A stretch of 64,000 nt of DNA, taken from the NCBI RefSeq assembly GCF_045037415.1, contig NZ_CP173438.1; one strand, written 5' to 3'. The position numbers and the translations under genes are program-made. Shown here piece after piece: positions 43,448-55,077 of this stretch (positions are counted from its first letter, which is position 1; the number at the start of each line of letters is the position of its first letter). Under the pieces are notes generated by a model. The model did not search any database. It saw only the letters and a list, made by a program, of their open reading frames with translations, and had not been told where the DNA came from. The DNA is from Escherichia coli. GTDB lineage: Bacteria; Pseudomonadota; Gammaproteobacteria; Enterobacterales; Enterobacteriaceae.

Positions 43448-44137
43448 TTAAAAGCGGGTTGAAAAACGATACCCTGTACCGCGCACGGTCTGCACCATGC
43501 GGTCATGCCCGCCGGGCTCCAGTGCTTTACGCAGGCGACGAATGTGGACATCGACCGTACGATCTTCCACATACACGTTGGTTCCCCATACGTGATTTAA
43601 CAGTTGCTCGCGACTGTACACGCGCTCGGGATGCGTCATAAAAAAGTGCAGCAGTTTAAATTCAGTTGGCCCCATCTCCAGCGGTTCTTCGCCCGCCATC
43701 ACCCGGTGAGATGTCGGATCGAGACTTAGCCCCTGCATCTCAATCACCTCTTCCACCGCCATCGGCGATATACGGCGCATTACCGCTTTAATTCGCGCCA
43801 CCAGCTCCTTCGGAGAAAACGGCTTGGTGATATAGTCATCCGCACCGGTTTCAAGGCCGCGCACGCGATCTTCTTCTTCCCCTCTGGCGGTCAACATCAC
43901 CACTGGAATATCCCGGGTCATCGACTCGCGCTTGAGGTGTTTGATGAACTGGATACCGGAGCCGCCAGGTAACATCCAGTCAAGGAGAATTAAATCCGGC
44001 CAGGGTTCATTCAGTTGATTCACAGCACTGTCATAATCTTCCGCTTCGACCGGCTGAAAGCCATTTTGTTCGAGCACGAAGCAGACCATTTCGCGAATTG
44101 GAGCTTCATCTTCTACGACCAGAATACGTCTCGCCAT
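43448..44137 (-). CDS. phoB: Phosphate regulon response regulator PhoB
   Basis: 229 aa [27 protein letters not shown]; receiver Asp in [13 protein letters not shown]; OmpR-type winged helix. Confidence 0.95.
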
Positions 44138-44191
44138 GATTTGCCCTGTTGTAATAAATAGGTTGCGATCATTAATGCGACGTCATTATGC

Positions 44192-44218
44192 GTCAGATTT
44201 ATGACAGATTTATGAAAA
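44192..44218 (-). promoter_or_regulatory. Pho box (PhoB binding site) in the phoB promoter
   Basis: Minus strand reads TTTTCATAAATCTGTCATAAATCTGACG, two CTGTCAT-type repeats with 4-nt spacing as in the Pho box consensus. Confidence 0.8.
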
Positions 44219-44326
44219 GCTCGTCGCACATATCTTCAGGTTATTGATTTCCGTGGCACAGAAAAAAGCAAATGGCACATCTGTTTGGGTATAATCGCGC
44301 CCATGCTTTTTCGCCAGGGAACCGTT

Positions 44327-45529
44327 ATGCGCATCCTTCACACCTCAGACTGGCATCTCGGCCAGAACTTCTACAGTAAAAGCCGCGAAGCTGAACATCA
44401 GGCTTTTCTTGACTGGCTGCTGGAGACAGCACAAGCCCATCTGGTGGATGCGATTATTGTTGCCGGTGATGTTTTCGATACCGGCTCGCCGCCCAGTTAC
44501 GCCCGCACGTTATACAACCGTTTTGTTGTCAATTTACAGCAAACTGGCTGTCATCTGGTGGTACTGGCAGGAAACCATGACTCGGTCGCCACGCTGAATG
44601 AATCGCGCGATATCATGGCGTTCCTCAATACTACCGTGGTCGCCAGCGCCGGACATGCGCCGCAAATATTGCCCCGTCGCGACGGGACGCCAGGCGCAGT
44701 GCTGTGTCCCATACCTTTTTTACGCCCGCGTGACATTATTACCAGCCAGGCGGGGCTTAACGGTATTGAAAAACAGCAGCATTTGCTGGCGGCTATTACT
44801 GATTATTATCAACAACATTATGCCGATGCCTGCAAACTGCGCGGCGATCAGCCTCTGCCCATCATCGCCACTGGACATTTAACGACCGTGGGTGCCAGTA
44901 AAAGTGACGCCGTGCGTGACATTTATATTGGCACGCTGGACGCGTTTCCGGCACAAAACTTTCCACCAGCCGACTACATCGCGCTCGGGCATATTCACCG
45001 CGCGCAGCTTATTGGCGGCATGGAACATGTTCGCTATTGCGGCTCCCCCATTCCACTGAGTTTTGATGAATGCGGTAAGAGTAAATATGTCCATCTGGTG
45101 ACATTTTCAAACGGCAAATTAGAGAGCGTGGAAAACCTGAACGTACCGGTAACGCAACCCATGGCGGTGCTGAAAGGCGATCTGGCGTCGATTACCGCAC
45201 AGCTGGAACAGTGGCGCGATGTATCACAGGAGCCGCCTGTCTGGCTGGATATCGAAATCACTACTGATGAGTATCTGCATGATATTCAGCGCAAAATCCA
45301 GGCATTAACCGAATCATTGCCTGTCGAAGTATTGCTGGTACGCCGGAGTCGTGAACAGCGCGAGCGTGTGTTAGCCAGCCAACAGCGTGAAACCCTCAGC
45401 GAACTCAGCGTCGAAGAGGTGTTCAATCGCCGTCTGGCACTGGAAGAACTGGATGAATCACAGCAGCAACGTCTGCAGCATCTTTTCGCCACGACGTTGC
45501 ATAGCCTCGCCGGAGAACACGAAGCATGA
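44327..45529 (+). CDS. sbcD: Nuclease SbcCD subunit D (Mre11-like phosphoesterase)
   Basis: ORF 44285..45529 trimmed to Met15 (400 aa) [13 protein letters not shown]; phosphoesterase motifs GDVFD, GNHD. Confidence 0.9.
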   Translation: MRILHTSDWHLGQNFYSKSREAEHQAFLDWLLETAQAHLVDAIIVAGDVFDTGSPPSYARTLYNRFVVNLQQTGCHLVVLAGNHDSVATLNESRDIMAFLNTTVVASAGHAPQILPRRDGTPGAVLCPIPFLRPRDIITSQAGLNGIEKQQHLLAAITDYYQQHYADACKLRGDQPLPIIATGHLTTVGASKSDAVRDIYIGTLDAFPAQNFPPADYIALGHIHRAQLIGGMEHVRYCGSPIPLSFDECGKSKYVHLVTFSNGKLESVENLNVPVTQPMAVLKGDLASITAQLEQWRDVSQEPPVWLDIEITTDEYLHDIQRKIQALTESLPVEVLLVRRSREQRERVLASQQRETLSELSVEEVFNRRLALEELDESQQQRLQHLFATTLHSLAGEHEA

Positions 45530-48500
45530 AAATTCTCAGCCTGCGCCTGAAAAACCTGAACTCATTAAAAGGCGAATGGAAGATTGATTTCACCCGCGAG
45601 CCGTTCGCCAGCAACGGGCTGTTTGCTATTACCGGCCCAACCGGTGCGGGGAAAACCACCCTGCTGGACGCCATTTGTCTGGCGCTGTATCACGAAACTC
45701 CGCGCCTCTCTAACGTTTCACAATCGCAAAATGATCTCATGACCCGCGATACCGCCGAATGTCTGGCGGAAGTGGAGTTTGAAGTCAAAGATGAAGCGTA
45801 TCGCGCGTTCTGGAGCCAGAATCGGGCGCGTAACCAGCCGGACGGTAATTTGCAGGTGCCACGCGTAGAGCTGGCGCGCTGTGCAGACGGCAAAATTCTC
45901 GCCGACAAAGTGAAAGATAAGCTGGAACTGACGGCGACGTTAACCGGACTGGATTACGGGCGCTTCACCCGTTCGATGCTGCTTTCGCAGGGGCAATTTG
46001 CTGCCTTCCTGAATGCCAAACCCAAAGAACGCGCAGAATTGCTCGAGGAGTTAACCGGCACTGAAATCTACGGGCAAATCTCGGCGATGGTTTTTGAGCA
46101 GCACAAATCGGCCCGCACAGAGCTGGAGAAGCTGCAAGCGCAGGCCAGCGGCGTCGCGTTGCTCACGCCGGAACAAGTGCAATCGCTGACAGCGAGTTTG
46201 CAGGTACTTACTGACGAAGAAAAACAGTTAATTACCGCGCAGCAGCAAGAACAACAATCGCTAAACTGGTTAACGCGTCTGGACGAATTGCAGCAAGAAG
46301 CCAGCCGCCGTCAACAGGCCTTGCAACAGGCATTAGCCGAAGAAGAACAAGCGCAACCTCAACTGGCGGCGCTCAGTCTGGCACAACCGGCACGAAATCT
46401 TCGTCCGCACTGGGAACGCATCGCAGAACACAGCACGGCGCTGGCGCATACTCGCCAGCAGATTGAAGAAGTAAATACTCGCTTACAGAGCACAATGGCG
46501 CTTCGTGCGAGCATTCGCCACCACGCGGCGAAGCAGTCAGCAGAATTACAGCAGCAGCAACAAAGCCTGAATGCCTGGTTACAGGAACACGACCGCTTCC
46601 GTCAGTGGAACAACGAACTGGCGGGTTGGCGTGCGCAGTTCTCCCAACAAACCAGCGATCGCGAGCATCTGCGGCAATGGCAGCAACAGTTAACCCATGC
46701 TGAGCAAAAACTTAATGCGCTTGCGGCGATCACGTTGACGTTAACCGCCGATGAAGTTGCTAGCGCCCAGGCGCAACATGCTGAGCAACGCCCACTGCGT
46801 CAGCGCCTGGTCGCACTGCATGGGCAGATTGTTCCCCAACAAAAACGTCTGGCGCAGTTACAGGTCGCTATCCAGAACGTCACTCTGGAGCAGACGCAAC
46901 GTAATGCCGCACTTAACAAAATGCGCCATCGTTATAAAGAAAAGATGCAACAACTTGCCGATGTGAAAACCATTTGCGAGCAGGAAGCGCGCATTAAAAC
47001 GCTGGAAGCCCAGCGCGCACAGTTACAGGCGGGTCAGCCTTGCCCACTTTGTGGTTCCACCAGCCACCCGGCGGTCGAGGCGTATCAGGCGCTGGAACCG
47101 GGCGTTAATCAGGCCCGGCTATTAACGCTGGAAAAAGAAGTGAAAAAGCTCGGCGAAGAAGGTGCGACGCTACGTGGGCAACTGGACGCCTTAACAAAGC
47201 AACTTCAGCGCGATGAAAACGAAGCGCAAAGCCTCCGACAAGATGAGCAAGCACTTACTCAACAATGGCAAGCCGTCACGGCCAGCCTCAATATCACCCT
47301 GCAGCCACAGGACGATATTCAACCGTGGCTGGATGCACAAGATGAGCACGAACGCCAGCTGCGGTTACTCAGCCAACGGCATGAATTACAAGGGCAGATT
47401 GCCGCGCATAATCAGCAAATTATCCAGTATCAACAGCAAATTGAACAACGCCAGCAGCAGCTCTTAACGGCATTGGCGGGTTATGCACTGACATTGCCAC
47501 AGGAAGATGAAGAAGAGAGCTGGTTGGCGACGCGTCAGCAAGAAGCGCAGAGCTGGCAGCAACGCCAGAACGAATTAACCGCGCTGCAAAACCGTATGCA
47601 GCAGCTGACGCCGATTCTGGAAACGTTGCCGCAAAGTGATGAACTCCCGCACAGCGAAGAAACTGTGGCGCTGGAAAACTGGCGGCAGGTTCATGAACAA
47701 TGTCTCGCATTACACAGCCAGCAGCAGACGTTACAGCAACAGGATGTTCTGGCGGCGCAAAGTCTGCAAAAAGCCCAGGCGCAGTTTGACACCGCGCTAC
47801 AGGCGAGCGTCTTTGACGATCAGCAGGCGTTCCTTGCGGCGCTAATGGATGAACAAACACTAACGCAGCTGGAACAGCTCAAGCAGAATCTGGAAAACCA
47901 GCGCCGTCAGGCGCAAACGCTGGTCACTCAGACAGCAGAAACGCTGACACAGCATCAGCAACACCGACCTGGCGGGTTGTCTCTCACTGTGACGGTGGAG
48001 CAGATTCAGCAAGAGTTAGCGCAAACTCACCAAAAGTTGCGTGAAAACACCACGAGTCAAGGCGAGATTCGCCAGCAGCTGAAGCAGGATGCAGATAACC
48101 GTCAGCAACAACAAACCTTAATGCAGCAAATTGCTCAAATGACGCAGCAGGTTGAGGACTGGGGATATCTGAATTCGCTAATAGGTTCCAAAGAGGGCGA
48201 TAAATTCCGCAAATTTGCCCAAGGGCTGACGCTGGATAATTTAGTCCATCTCGCTAATCAGCAACTTACCCGGCTGCACGGGCGCTATCTGTTACAGCGC
48301 AAAGCCAGCGAGGCGCTGGAAGTTGAGGTTGTTGATACCTGGCAGGCTGATGCGGTACGCGATACCCGTACCCTTTCCGGCGGCGAAAGTTTCCTCGTCA
48401 GTCTGGCGCTGGCACTGGCGCTTTCAGATCTGGTCAGCCATAAAACGCGTATTGACTCGCTGTTCCTTGATGAAGGTTTTGGCACGCTGGATAGCGAAAC

Positions 48501-48669
48501 GCTGGATACCGCCCTTGATGCGTTGGATGCCCTGAATGCCAGTGGCAAAACCATCGGGGTGATTAGCCACGTTGAAGCGATGAAAGAGCGTATTCCGGTG
48601 CAGATCAAAGTGAAGAAGATCAATGGACTGGGCTACAGCAAACTGGAAAGTGCGTTTGCAGTGAAATAA
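45526..48669 (+). CDS. sbcC: Nuclease SbcCD subunit C (Rad50-like SMC ATPase)
   Basis: 1047 aa; Walker [10 protein letters not shown]; long Q-rich coiled coil with central CxxC hook (CPLCGS); C-terminal signature [17 protein letters not shown] and Walker [12 protein letters not shown]; ATG overlaps sbcD stop (ATGA). Confidence 0.95.
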   Translation: MKILSLRLKNLNSLKGEWKIDFTREPFASNGLFAITGPTGAGKTTLLDAICLALYHETPRLSNVSQSQNDLMTRDTAECLAEVEFEVKDEAYRAFWSQNRARNQPDGNLQVPRVELARCADGKILADKVKDKLELTATLTGLDYGRFTRSMLLSQGQFAAFLNAKPKERAELLEELTGTEIYGQISAMVFEQHKSARTELEKLQAQASGVALLTPEQVQSLTASLQVLTDEEKQLITAQQQEQQSLNWLTRLDELQQEASRRQQALQQALAEEEQAQPQLAALSLAQPARNLRPHWERIAEHSTALAHTRQQIEEVNTRLQSTMALRASIRHHAAKQSAELQQQQQSLNAWLQEHDRFRQWNNELAGWRAQFSQQTSDREHLRQWQQQLTHAEQKLNALAAITLTLTADEVASAQAQHAEQRPLRQRLVALHGQIVPQQKRLAQLQVAIQNVTLEQTQRNAALNKMRHRYKEKMQQLADVKTICEQEARIKTLEAQRAQLQAGQPCPLCGSTSHPAVEAYQALEPGVNQARLLTLEKEVKKLGEEGATLRGQLDALTKQLQRDENEAQSLRQDEQALTQQWQAVTASLNITLQPQDDIQPWLDAQDEHERQLRLLSQRHELQGQIAAHNQQIIQYQQQIEQRQQQLLTALAGYALTLPQEDEEESWLATRQQEAQSWQQRQNELTALQNRMQQLTPILETLPQSDELPHSEETVALENWRQVHEQCLALHSQQQTLQQQDVLAAQSLQKAQAQFDTALQASVFDDQQAFLAALMDEQTLTQLEQLKQNLENQRRQAQTLVTQTAETLTQHQQHRPGGLSLTVTVEQIQQELAQTHQKLRENTTSQGEIRQQLKQDADNRQQQQTLMQQIAQMTQQVEDWGYLNSLIGSKEGDKFRKFAQGLTLDNLVHLANQQLTRLHGRYLLQRKASEALEVEVVDTWQADAVRDTRTLSGGESFLVSLALALALSDLVSHKTRIDSLFLDEGFGTLDSETLDTALDALDALNASGKTIGVISHVEAMKERIPVQIKVKKINGLGYSKLESAFAVK

Positions 48670-48794
48670 CTATTCAGCAGGATAATGAATACAGAGGGGC
48701 GAATTATCTCTTGGCCCGACTGGTCGTTATCCTGCAAGCTATCACTTTATTGGCTACGGTGATTGGTAGCCGTTCTGGTGGTTGTGATGGTGGT

Positions 48795-49979
48795 ATGAAA
48801 AAAGTTATTTTATCTTTGGCTCTGGGCACGTTTGGTTTGGGGATGGCCGAATTTGGCATTATGGGCGTGCTCACGGAGCTGGCGCATAACGTAGGAATTT
48901 CGATTCCTGCCGCCGGGCATATGATCTCGTATTATGCGCTGGGGGTGGTGGTCGGTGCGCCAATCATCGCGCTTTTTTCCAGTCGCTACTCACTCAAACA
49001 TATCTTGTTGTTTCTGGTGGCGTTGTGCGTCATTGGCAACGCCATGTTCACGCTCTCTTCGTCTTACCTGATGCTCGCCATTGGTCGGCTGGTTTCCGGC
49101 TTCCCGCATGGTGCATTTTTTGGCGTCGGCGCGATCGTGTTATCAAAAATTATCAAACCCGGCAAAGTCACCGCCGCCGTGGCAGGGATGGTTTCCGGGA
49201 TGACAGTCGCCAATTTGCTGGGCATTCCACTGGGAACGTATTTAAGTCAGGAATTTAGCTGGCGTTACACCTTTTTGTTGATCGCTATTTTTAATATTGC
49301 GGTGATGGCATCGGTCTATTTTTGGGTGCCGGATATTCGCGACGAGGCGAAAGGAAAACTACGCGAACAATTTCACTTTTTACGCAGCCCTGCCCCGTGG
49401 TTAATTTTCGCTGCTACGATGTTTGGCAACGCAGGTGTGTTTGCCTGGTTCAGCTACGTAAAGCCATACATGATGTTTATTTCCGGTTTTTCGGAAACGG
49501 CGATGACCTTTATTATGATGTTAGTTGGGCTAGGGATGGTGCTGGGGAATATGCTAAGTGGCAGGATTTCAGGACGTTATTCACCACTGCGCATTGCAGC
49601 AGTGACTGACTTTATCATTGTACTGGCACTGCTGATGCTCTTTTTCTTCGGCGGTATGAAAACAACGTCGCTTATTTTTGCTTTTATTTGTTGCGCGGGA
49701 TTATTTGCCCTTTCAGCACCTCTACAAATATTATTACTGCAAAATGCCAAAGGCGGAGAGTTATTAGGTGCCGCAGGTGGGCAAATAGCGTTTAACCTCG
49801 GTAGCGCCGTCGGCGCATATTGCGGTGGTATGATGCTGACGCTGGGGCTGGCATATAATTACGTGGCGCTGCCCGCCGCCCTGCTTTCGTTTGCTGCGAT
49901 GTCGTCGTTGCTGCTGTATGGTCGCTATAAGCGCCAGCAAGCGGCGGATAGTCCGGTGCTGGCGAAACCACTGGGGTAG
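48795..49979 (+). CDS. araJ: MFS transporter AraJ (arabinose-inducible, substrate unknown)
   Basis: ORF 48711..49979 trimmed to Met29 (394 aa) MKKVILSLALGTFGLGMAEFGIMGVLTELA. Confidence 0.85.
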   Translation: MKKVILSLALGTFGLGMAEFGIMGVLTELAHNVGISIPAAGHMISYYALGVVVGAPIIALFSSRYSLKHILLFLVALCVIGNAMFTLSSSYLMLAIGRLVSGFPHGAFFGVGAIVLSKIIKPGKVTAAVAGMVSGMTVANLLGIPLGTYLSQEFSWRYTFLLIAIFNIAVMASVYFWVPDIRDEAKGKLREQFHFLRSPAPWLIFAATMFGNAGVFAWFSYVKPYMMFISGFSETAMTFIMMLVGLGMVLGNMLSGRISGRYSPLRIAAVTDFIIVLALLMLFFFGGMKTTSLIFAFICCAGLFALSAPLQILLLQNAKGGELLGAAGGQIAFNLGSAVGAYCGGMMLTLGLAYNYVALPAALLSFAAMSSLLLYGRYKRQQAADSPVLAKPLG

Positions 49980-50006
49980 ATTGCAGTCACGGTGCACGTT
50001 GCTTAT

Positions 50007-50223
50007 TGCCGGATGCGGCGTGAACGCCTTATCCGGCCTACGGGACTGTTCATTTTGTAGGCCTGATAAGACACGCCAGTGTCGCATCAGGCATCGGAGC
50101 ACCGGGGGGTTGCCGCCACTGTGCGCGTTATTTGTTGCCGGATGCGGCGCGAGCGCCTTATCCGGCCTACCGGACGGCTCACTTTGTAGGCCTGATAAGA
50201 CGCGGCAAGCGTCGCATCAGGCA
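50007..50223. repeat. BIME cluster: four REP elements in two tandem REP pairs between araJ and mak
   Basis: TGCCGGATGCGGCG(T/C)GA(A/G)CGCCTTATCCGGCCTAC occurs twice and GTAGGCCTGATAAGAC(A/G)CG..GTCGCATCAGGCA occurs twice in alternating order. Confidence 0.9.
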
Positions 50224-50247
50224 TGATACGCCAATTGCCTGGGTTTT

Positions 50248-51156
50248 TTACTCTTGTGGCCATAACCATGCAGCGCCGCGTACGCCGCTCGAATCACCAT
50301 GTTTCGCCTTGTGTACCGGCGTTTCACATTCTCCGCCGAAGACAAATTGTTTAATCAACTGCGGAACCGTTTGATATAAACGGTCTACATTGCTCATTCC
50401 GCCGCCCAGGACAATCACATCCGGATCGAGAATATTCACGACATGTGCCAGCGATTTTGCCAGCCGCAGCTCGTAGCGACGCAATGCCAGTTCCGCTACC
50501 GGATCGCTTTCTTCAACCAGGCGGATAATTTCACTGCCTTTCAGCGCATGTCCGCTCAAACGACGATAATCCGTCGCGAATCCCGTGCCTGAAATAAAGG
50601 TTTCAATACAACCTTGTTTACCGCAATAACAAGGGACTTCCTCGCGATAACGCAGTTCGTCTTCGTCCATCCACGGTAGCGGATTGTGTCCCCACTCGCC
50701 TGCCGTGCCATTGCCGCCGATATGCGCCCGCCCATTGAATGCCACGCCCGCGCCGCATCCCGTGCCGATAATCACGGCAAAAACCGTCTGCGCTCCCGCT
50801 GCCGCGCCATCTACCGCTTCTGAAACCGCCAGACAGTTGGCGTCATTTGCCAGCCGCACTTCCCGCTGCAACCGCGCGCTTAAGTCTTTATCGAATGGCT
50901 GACCGTTGAGCCAGGTTGAATTGGCATTCTTCACCACGCCGGTGTAGGGCGAAATCGAACCTGGAATGCCCATACCTACCGTTCCGCGCTGCCCTGTTGC
51001 CTGCTCCGCCATATCAACCAACGTGGCGATCGTTTCAATAGTCTGCCGGTAATCATCACGCGGCGTGGGCAGACGATGGCGGTACAACTGCTCCCCTGCA
51101 TCGCCCAATGCAATCACTTCAGTTTTGGTGCCGCCTAAATCGATACCTATACGCAC
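50248..51156 (-). CDS. mak: Fructokinase / manno(fructo)kinase Mak (ROK family)
   Basis: ORF 50248..51294 trimmed to GTG at codon 47 (302 aa) (V/M)[15 protein letters not shown]; AAGGAG SD upstream; ROK zinc motif CYCGKQGC. Confidence 0.85.
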   Translation of the reverse strand: MRIGIDLGGTKTEVIALGDAGEQLYRHRLPTPRDDYRQTIETIATLVDMAEQATGQRGTVGMGIPGSISPYTGVVKNANSTWLNGQPFDKDLSARLQREVRLANDANCLAVSEAVDGAAAGAQTVFAVIIGTGCGAGVAFNGRAHIGGNGTAGEWGHNPLPWMDEDELRYREEVPCYCGKQGCIETFISGTGFATDYRRLSGHALKGSEIIRLVEESDPVAELALRRYELRLAKSLAHVVNILDPDVIVLGGGMSNVDRLYQTVPQLIKQFVFGGECETPVHKAKHGDSSGVRGAAWLWPQE

Positions 51157-51280
51157 GGTACTCTCCTTATTTTTTTCAATATCAATAGCGTAGAGACGGA
51201 CAACCGGATTGGCAATGCAAGGCCGCCGACAATTCGTTATCATGCCCGCTAAATTTAACGACAAGGCCGTGGAAATTATC

Positions 51281-52192
51281 ATGCTGTGGTTCAAAAATTT
51301 AATGGTTTACCGTCTTAGCCGCGAGATTTCGCTGCGTGCAGAAGAGATGGAAAAACAGCTAGCCTCGATGGCATTTACCCCATGCGGCAGCCAGGACATG
51401 GCGAAGATGGGCTGGGTACCTCCGATGGGATCGCACAGCGATGCGTTAACGCACGTTGCCAATGGTCAAATTGTTATCTGTGCGCGCAAAGAAGAAAAAA
51501 TCCTCCCGTCCCCGGTGATTAAACAGGCGCTGGAAGCGAAAATCGCCAAACTGGAAGCGGAACAGGTGCGTAAGCTGAAGAAAACCGAAAAAGATTCGCT
51601 GAAAGACGAAGTGCTGCACTCTCTGCTGCCGCGTGCTTTCAGCCGTTTTAGCCAGACAATGATGTGGATCGATACGGTTAACGGTTTGATTATGGTGGAC
51701 TGCGCCAGCGCCAAAAAAGCGGAAGATACGCTGGCACTGCTGCGTAAAAGCCTGGGGTCGTTACCGGTTGTACCATTGAGCATGGAAAACCCGATTGAAC
51801 TGACGCTGACCGAATGGGTACGTTCCGGCAGCGCGGCACAGGGCTTCCAGCTGCTTGATGAAGCCGAGCTGAAATCGTTGCTGGAAGATGGCGGCGTGAT
51901 CCGCGCGAAGAAACAAGATCTGACCAGCGAAGAGATCACCAACCACATTGAAGCCGGAAAAGTGGTGACTAAACTGGCGCTCGACTGGCAGCAGCGCATT
52001 CAGTTTGTGATGTGCGACGATGGTTCGCTCAAGCGTCTGAAGTTCTGCGACGAGCTGCGCGATCAAAACGAAGATATCGACCGTGAAGATTTCGCCCAGC
52101 GCTTTGATGCCGATTTCATCCTGATGACTGGTGAACTGGCAGCGTTAATTCAAAACCTGATTGAAGGATTAGGTGGCGAAGCACAACGTTAA
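51281..52192 (+). CDS. rdgC: Recombination-associated protein RdgC
   Basis: ORF 51209..52192 trimmed to Met25 (303 aa) [27 protein letters not shown]. Confidence 0.9.
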   Translation: MLWFKNLMVYRLSREISLRAEEMEKQLASMAFTPCGSQDMAKMGWVPPMGSHSDALTHVANGQIVICARKEEKILPSPVIKQALEAKIAKLEAEQVRKLKKTEKDSLKDEVLHSLLPRAFSRFSQTMMWIDTVNGLIMVDCASAKKAEDTLALLRKSLGSLPVVPLSMENPIELTLTEWVRSGSAAQGFQLLDEAELKSLLEDGGVIRAKKQDLTSEEITNHIEAGKVVTKLALDWQQRIQFVMCDDGSLKRLKFCDELRDQNEDIDREDFAQRFDADFILMTGELAALIQNLIEGLGGEAQR

Positions 52193-52208
52193 TTGCTGAT
52201 TTACCTTT

Positions 52209-52247
52209 AATGCCGGATGCGACGCCTGCCGCGTCTTATCCGGCGTA
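52209..52247. repeat. REP element downstream of rdgC
   Basis: AATGCCGGATGCGACGCCTGCCGCGTCTTATCCGGCGTAC palindromic REP-like unit. Confidence 0.7.
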
Positions 52248-52349
52248 CGAAGCCACACCAGGAATATAATCGTTAGCTACAGCGGGCAATAATTCTTAGC
52301 GCAGCAATATTATGCGTTTTATGCTGTAACTTGCTCCAGGGGCGTTGTG

Positions 52350-52631
52350 TCATTGTTTTTCCTCAAGCCGGTGACGCGCTTCACTGCGAATTTTTCGCGT
52401 TGCCCCGGTTTTCACTAAATCACGTAACAGCGAAAGATCGGGTTGTTCGACAAATAAGAGTAATGATGGATCCTCTTTTAACCACGCCGTTTTCACATCG
52501 GCAGCCAGCTGTGAATTATTAATAGCCAGCGACCGCTCCTGAGGCTCAGTCAATGTCGTTAACAACAACACCGGGGTATGTGCGTTGTGCAATGCCGTTT
52601 GGCGCAAATGATCATTGCGACTTTGCAGCAA
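52350..52631 (-). CDS. Hypothetical small protein (possibly the ykiA locus); start and true extent uncertain
   Basis: 93-codon ORF (..LLLFVEQPDLSLLRDLVKTGATRKIRSEARHRLEEKQ) in the rdgC-ppnP gap where K-12 carries ykiA as I recall; begins at a non-ATG (TTG) codon and has no internal Met. Confidence 0.4.
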   Translation of the reverse strand: MLQSRNDHLRQTALHNAHTPVLLLTTLTEPQERSLAINNSQLAADVKTAWLKEDPSLLLFVEQPDLSLLRDLVKTGATRKIRSEARHRLEEKQ

Positions 52632-52794
52632 TGCACGCCACCATTCATCATCTGATTTATCTTTTATCGTCGCCAGTTCCGCAACAATATCTGGAGATCT
52701 TCGCTGATATTGATATCAACCTTGATGAATTATGAATATATCGGAAATCGAAAAAATCCCAGCAAAGGAAATATTATTATGGGTTAAAGAGAGG

Positions 52795-52835
52795 ACATTT
52801 CAGAAAAATGCCCTCCCGTTCAAGGGGAAGGCGAG
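52795..52835 (-). terminator. Terminator-like hairpin downstream of ppnP
   Basis: GCCUUCCCC..GGGAGGGC stem followed by AUUUUU on the minus transcript, just past the ppnP stop. Confidence 0.5.
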
Positions 52836-52838
52836 GAA

Positions 52839-53123
52839 TTACAGATAGCGGCACAGATAAGAGGTGGGTTCGGCAACTTGCAGATGAAACTCGCTGTGAC
52901 CGGGAACATTAAACACCGAACCGGCTTCATACACTTGCCAGTCGGTCGCGTCAGGCAGTAACACATTCAGCGCGCCACTGATTACCGTCATCTCTTCAGG
53001 CTCAGCGGTGCTGAAGGTGTATTCACCTTCAACCATAACACCCACGCTGGCGCGACCAGTGCTGCTGCTGGAAAAGCCGATCGATTTCACTTTGCCGGAA
53101 AAGTACTCATTACTTTGAAGCAT
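52839..53123 (-). CDS. ppnP: Pyrimidine/purine nucleoside phosphorylase PpnP
   Basis: 94 aa [30 protein letters not shown]; recognised PpnP (yaiE). Confidence 0.9.
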
Positions 53124-53194
53124 AAACTGGCCCTGTCTGGTAGTTGAACATCTACTTCACTATAGGGGCCAGAGGCGCTGGCTGTCACGCAAAA

Positions 53195-53872
53195 TTACAT
53201 CAGTAATTCCGCAGCCAGCCGTGCAATCAATACGTTAGAGAGCAAGACAGGAACATCGAGCTGTTTTTGCAGTAAATCGCGATGACGCTGGTTAAATCCC
53301 AAACAATCCAGCATGATGACATCTGCACCTTTTGCCAGTAATTCTTTCCCGGCATCAATGATTTTTTGTTCCGAATCATGAATGGGGTTACCCAATGAAA
53401 ATACTGGCGGTTTCTGCAAAATTTGCCATTTTTGCGCCTGAACGGTCAGCAACTCCTCAACCGGTACGATAACCCCCACCTGATGATCTTCAACAATAGA
53501 GGAAACCAGCGGTGGCAATATCCGCGACGGCTCAAGAAAGATCGTATTACGCGCGGTCATACTACTAATGTTTGCTGTACTCATTAATATAATGACGTCG
53601 TAACCCTGATTATCGAGCACTTCAACCACACCTTGCAGGTCTCGCTCAACTTTGCGACGCGAAACATGGGCCAGATGGTTGTCATTTAATAATGTGAGAA
53701 TTGTGTCTTCGCCTGCTTCTGGCGCGTACTCCGCCATCACTTCTTCGCGGCTTAACTTCCCCAGCAGGCTATGATGGGAAATATTATCTTCGTCAATGTA
53801 TTCTGTCAGGAGCGGCAAAACTTCCTGCATAGGTACAATGCCGATAGTCAGGATCGCCAACGACGCACTCAT
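53195..53872 (-). CDS. aroM: Protein AroM (function unknown, aroL operon)
   Basis: 225 aa [30 protein letters not shown]; position downstream of yaiA-aroL. Confidence 0.85.
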   Translation of the reverse strand: MSASLAILTIGIVPMQEVLPLLTEYIDEDNISHHSLLGKLSREEVMAEYAPEAGEDTILTLLNDNHLAHVSRRKVERDLQGVVEVLDNQGYDVIILMSTANISSMTARNTIFLEPSRILPPLVSSIVEDHQVGVIVPVEELLTVQAQKWQILQKPPVFSLGNPIHDSEQKIIDAGKELLAKGADVIMLDCLGFNQRHRDLLQKQLDVPVLLSNVLIARLAAELLM

Positions 53873-54129
53873 TGTTCTTCCACCTTACTTTTATTTCGTC
53901 GTTAATTACCGGGCAAGTGTTAAGCACCACTGCTGACACTTACTTGTGCTACAAATGACAAAAAGCGTAGCAGCAGACCTGCACTGCATAATGTAAAGAT
54001 TCCAAATGATTCCAGTAATGGATTGTTATTGTTTAATATTCTAATTATTTGAAAAACATGAATTGTGAAAAATGTGACGCAGATCCCTTGTGGCGGCACT
54101 CAGAATCCCTTCCGAGCGGTCTGATGCGG

Positions 54130-54330
<201 letters not shown>

Positions 54331-54370
54331 TTATTTCACGGGATGAACGTTAAGTATAGGCGCTCGAAAA

Positions 54371-54895
54371 TCAACAATTGATCGTCTGTGCCAGAGCGCT
54401 GCGAATTTCAGAAATCACCTGGCTGGGTTCGTTTGTTGCGTCGATGATAATATGCGCAACTTCGCGATATAGCGCATCGCGTTCTTCCAGCACTTCCTGA
54501 ACTTCTTCGCTCAGTGGTTTTCCCGTTAAGGTTGGCCGTAAATCTTCTTCCGGTGCAGCTTGCAGTCGGTTAACCAGGACTGATACTGGCGCACACAAAT
54601 AAACCACGATCCCGTTATTTTGCATGAAGTGACGATTAAATTCCGTCAGAATAATGCCGCCGCCCGTGGCGATAACGGTGGATGGCGCAGTTACCGCTTC
54701 CAGTGCCGCCGTTTCTCTGGCGCGGAATCCCGCCCACTCTTCCCTTTCGACGATCTCCGCGACCGTCATATTGAGCTGTGATTGCAACCACTGGTCGGTA
54801 TCGACAAACCGACGGTTAAGCGAATCGGCAAGGGCCATTCCGACCGTTGTTTTACCACAGCCCCGAGGCCCGATCAGAAAAAGAGGTTGTGTCAT
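54371..54895 (-). CDS. aroL: Shikimate kinase II
   Basis: 174 aa [19 protein letters not shown] (P-loop); recognised AroL. Confidence 0.95.
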
Positions 54896-54962
54896 CGTGG
54901 GTTTTCCCCAATAGGTCGCAATGCGGCGAAAGCCGGTGTCATGAGAATGGCGATCATACCAT

Positions 54963-55076
54963 CAAACTAGTACAATTTCGATTGTAAAGAAAAAATTCCA
55001 CTTAAAGTGAAAATCTCAATACATCCCTTACTATACCAATAAATATTCAAGAATGAAGTGTAAATAATAAATTACA
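54963..55076 (-). promoter_or_regulatory. aroL regulatory region: two TyrR boxes plus a TrpR-operator-like ACTAGT core
   Basis: TGTAAATAATAAATTACA (~55059-55076) and TGTAAAGAAAAAATTCCA (~54983-55000) fit TGTAAA-N6-TTTACA; CAAACTAGTAC (~54963-54973) resembles the trp operator core; aroL is known to be TyrR- and TrpR-regulated. Confidence 0.75.
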
Positions 55077-55077
55077 T

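Noticed and set aside
45526-48669. Glutamine-rich, repetitive middle section of sbcC as a possible repeat-protein or mobile-element-derived insert
   Set aside because: It is the expected long coiled-coil of a Rad50/SMC-type protein with the CxxC hook at its centre, flanked by the canonical Walker A and signature/Walker B ATPase halves.
50007-50223. CRISPR-like appearance of the repeated palindromes between araJ and mak
   Set aside because: The repeats are REP elements in alternating orientation (a BIME) with variable short spacers, not 28-37-bp direct repeats with unique 30-40-bp spacers. No cas genes are present.
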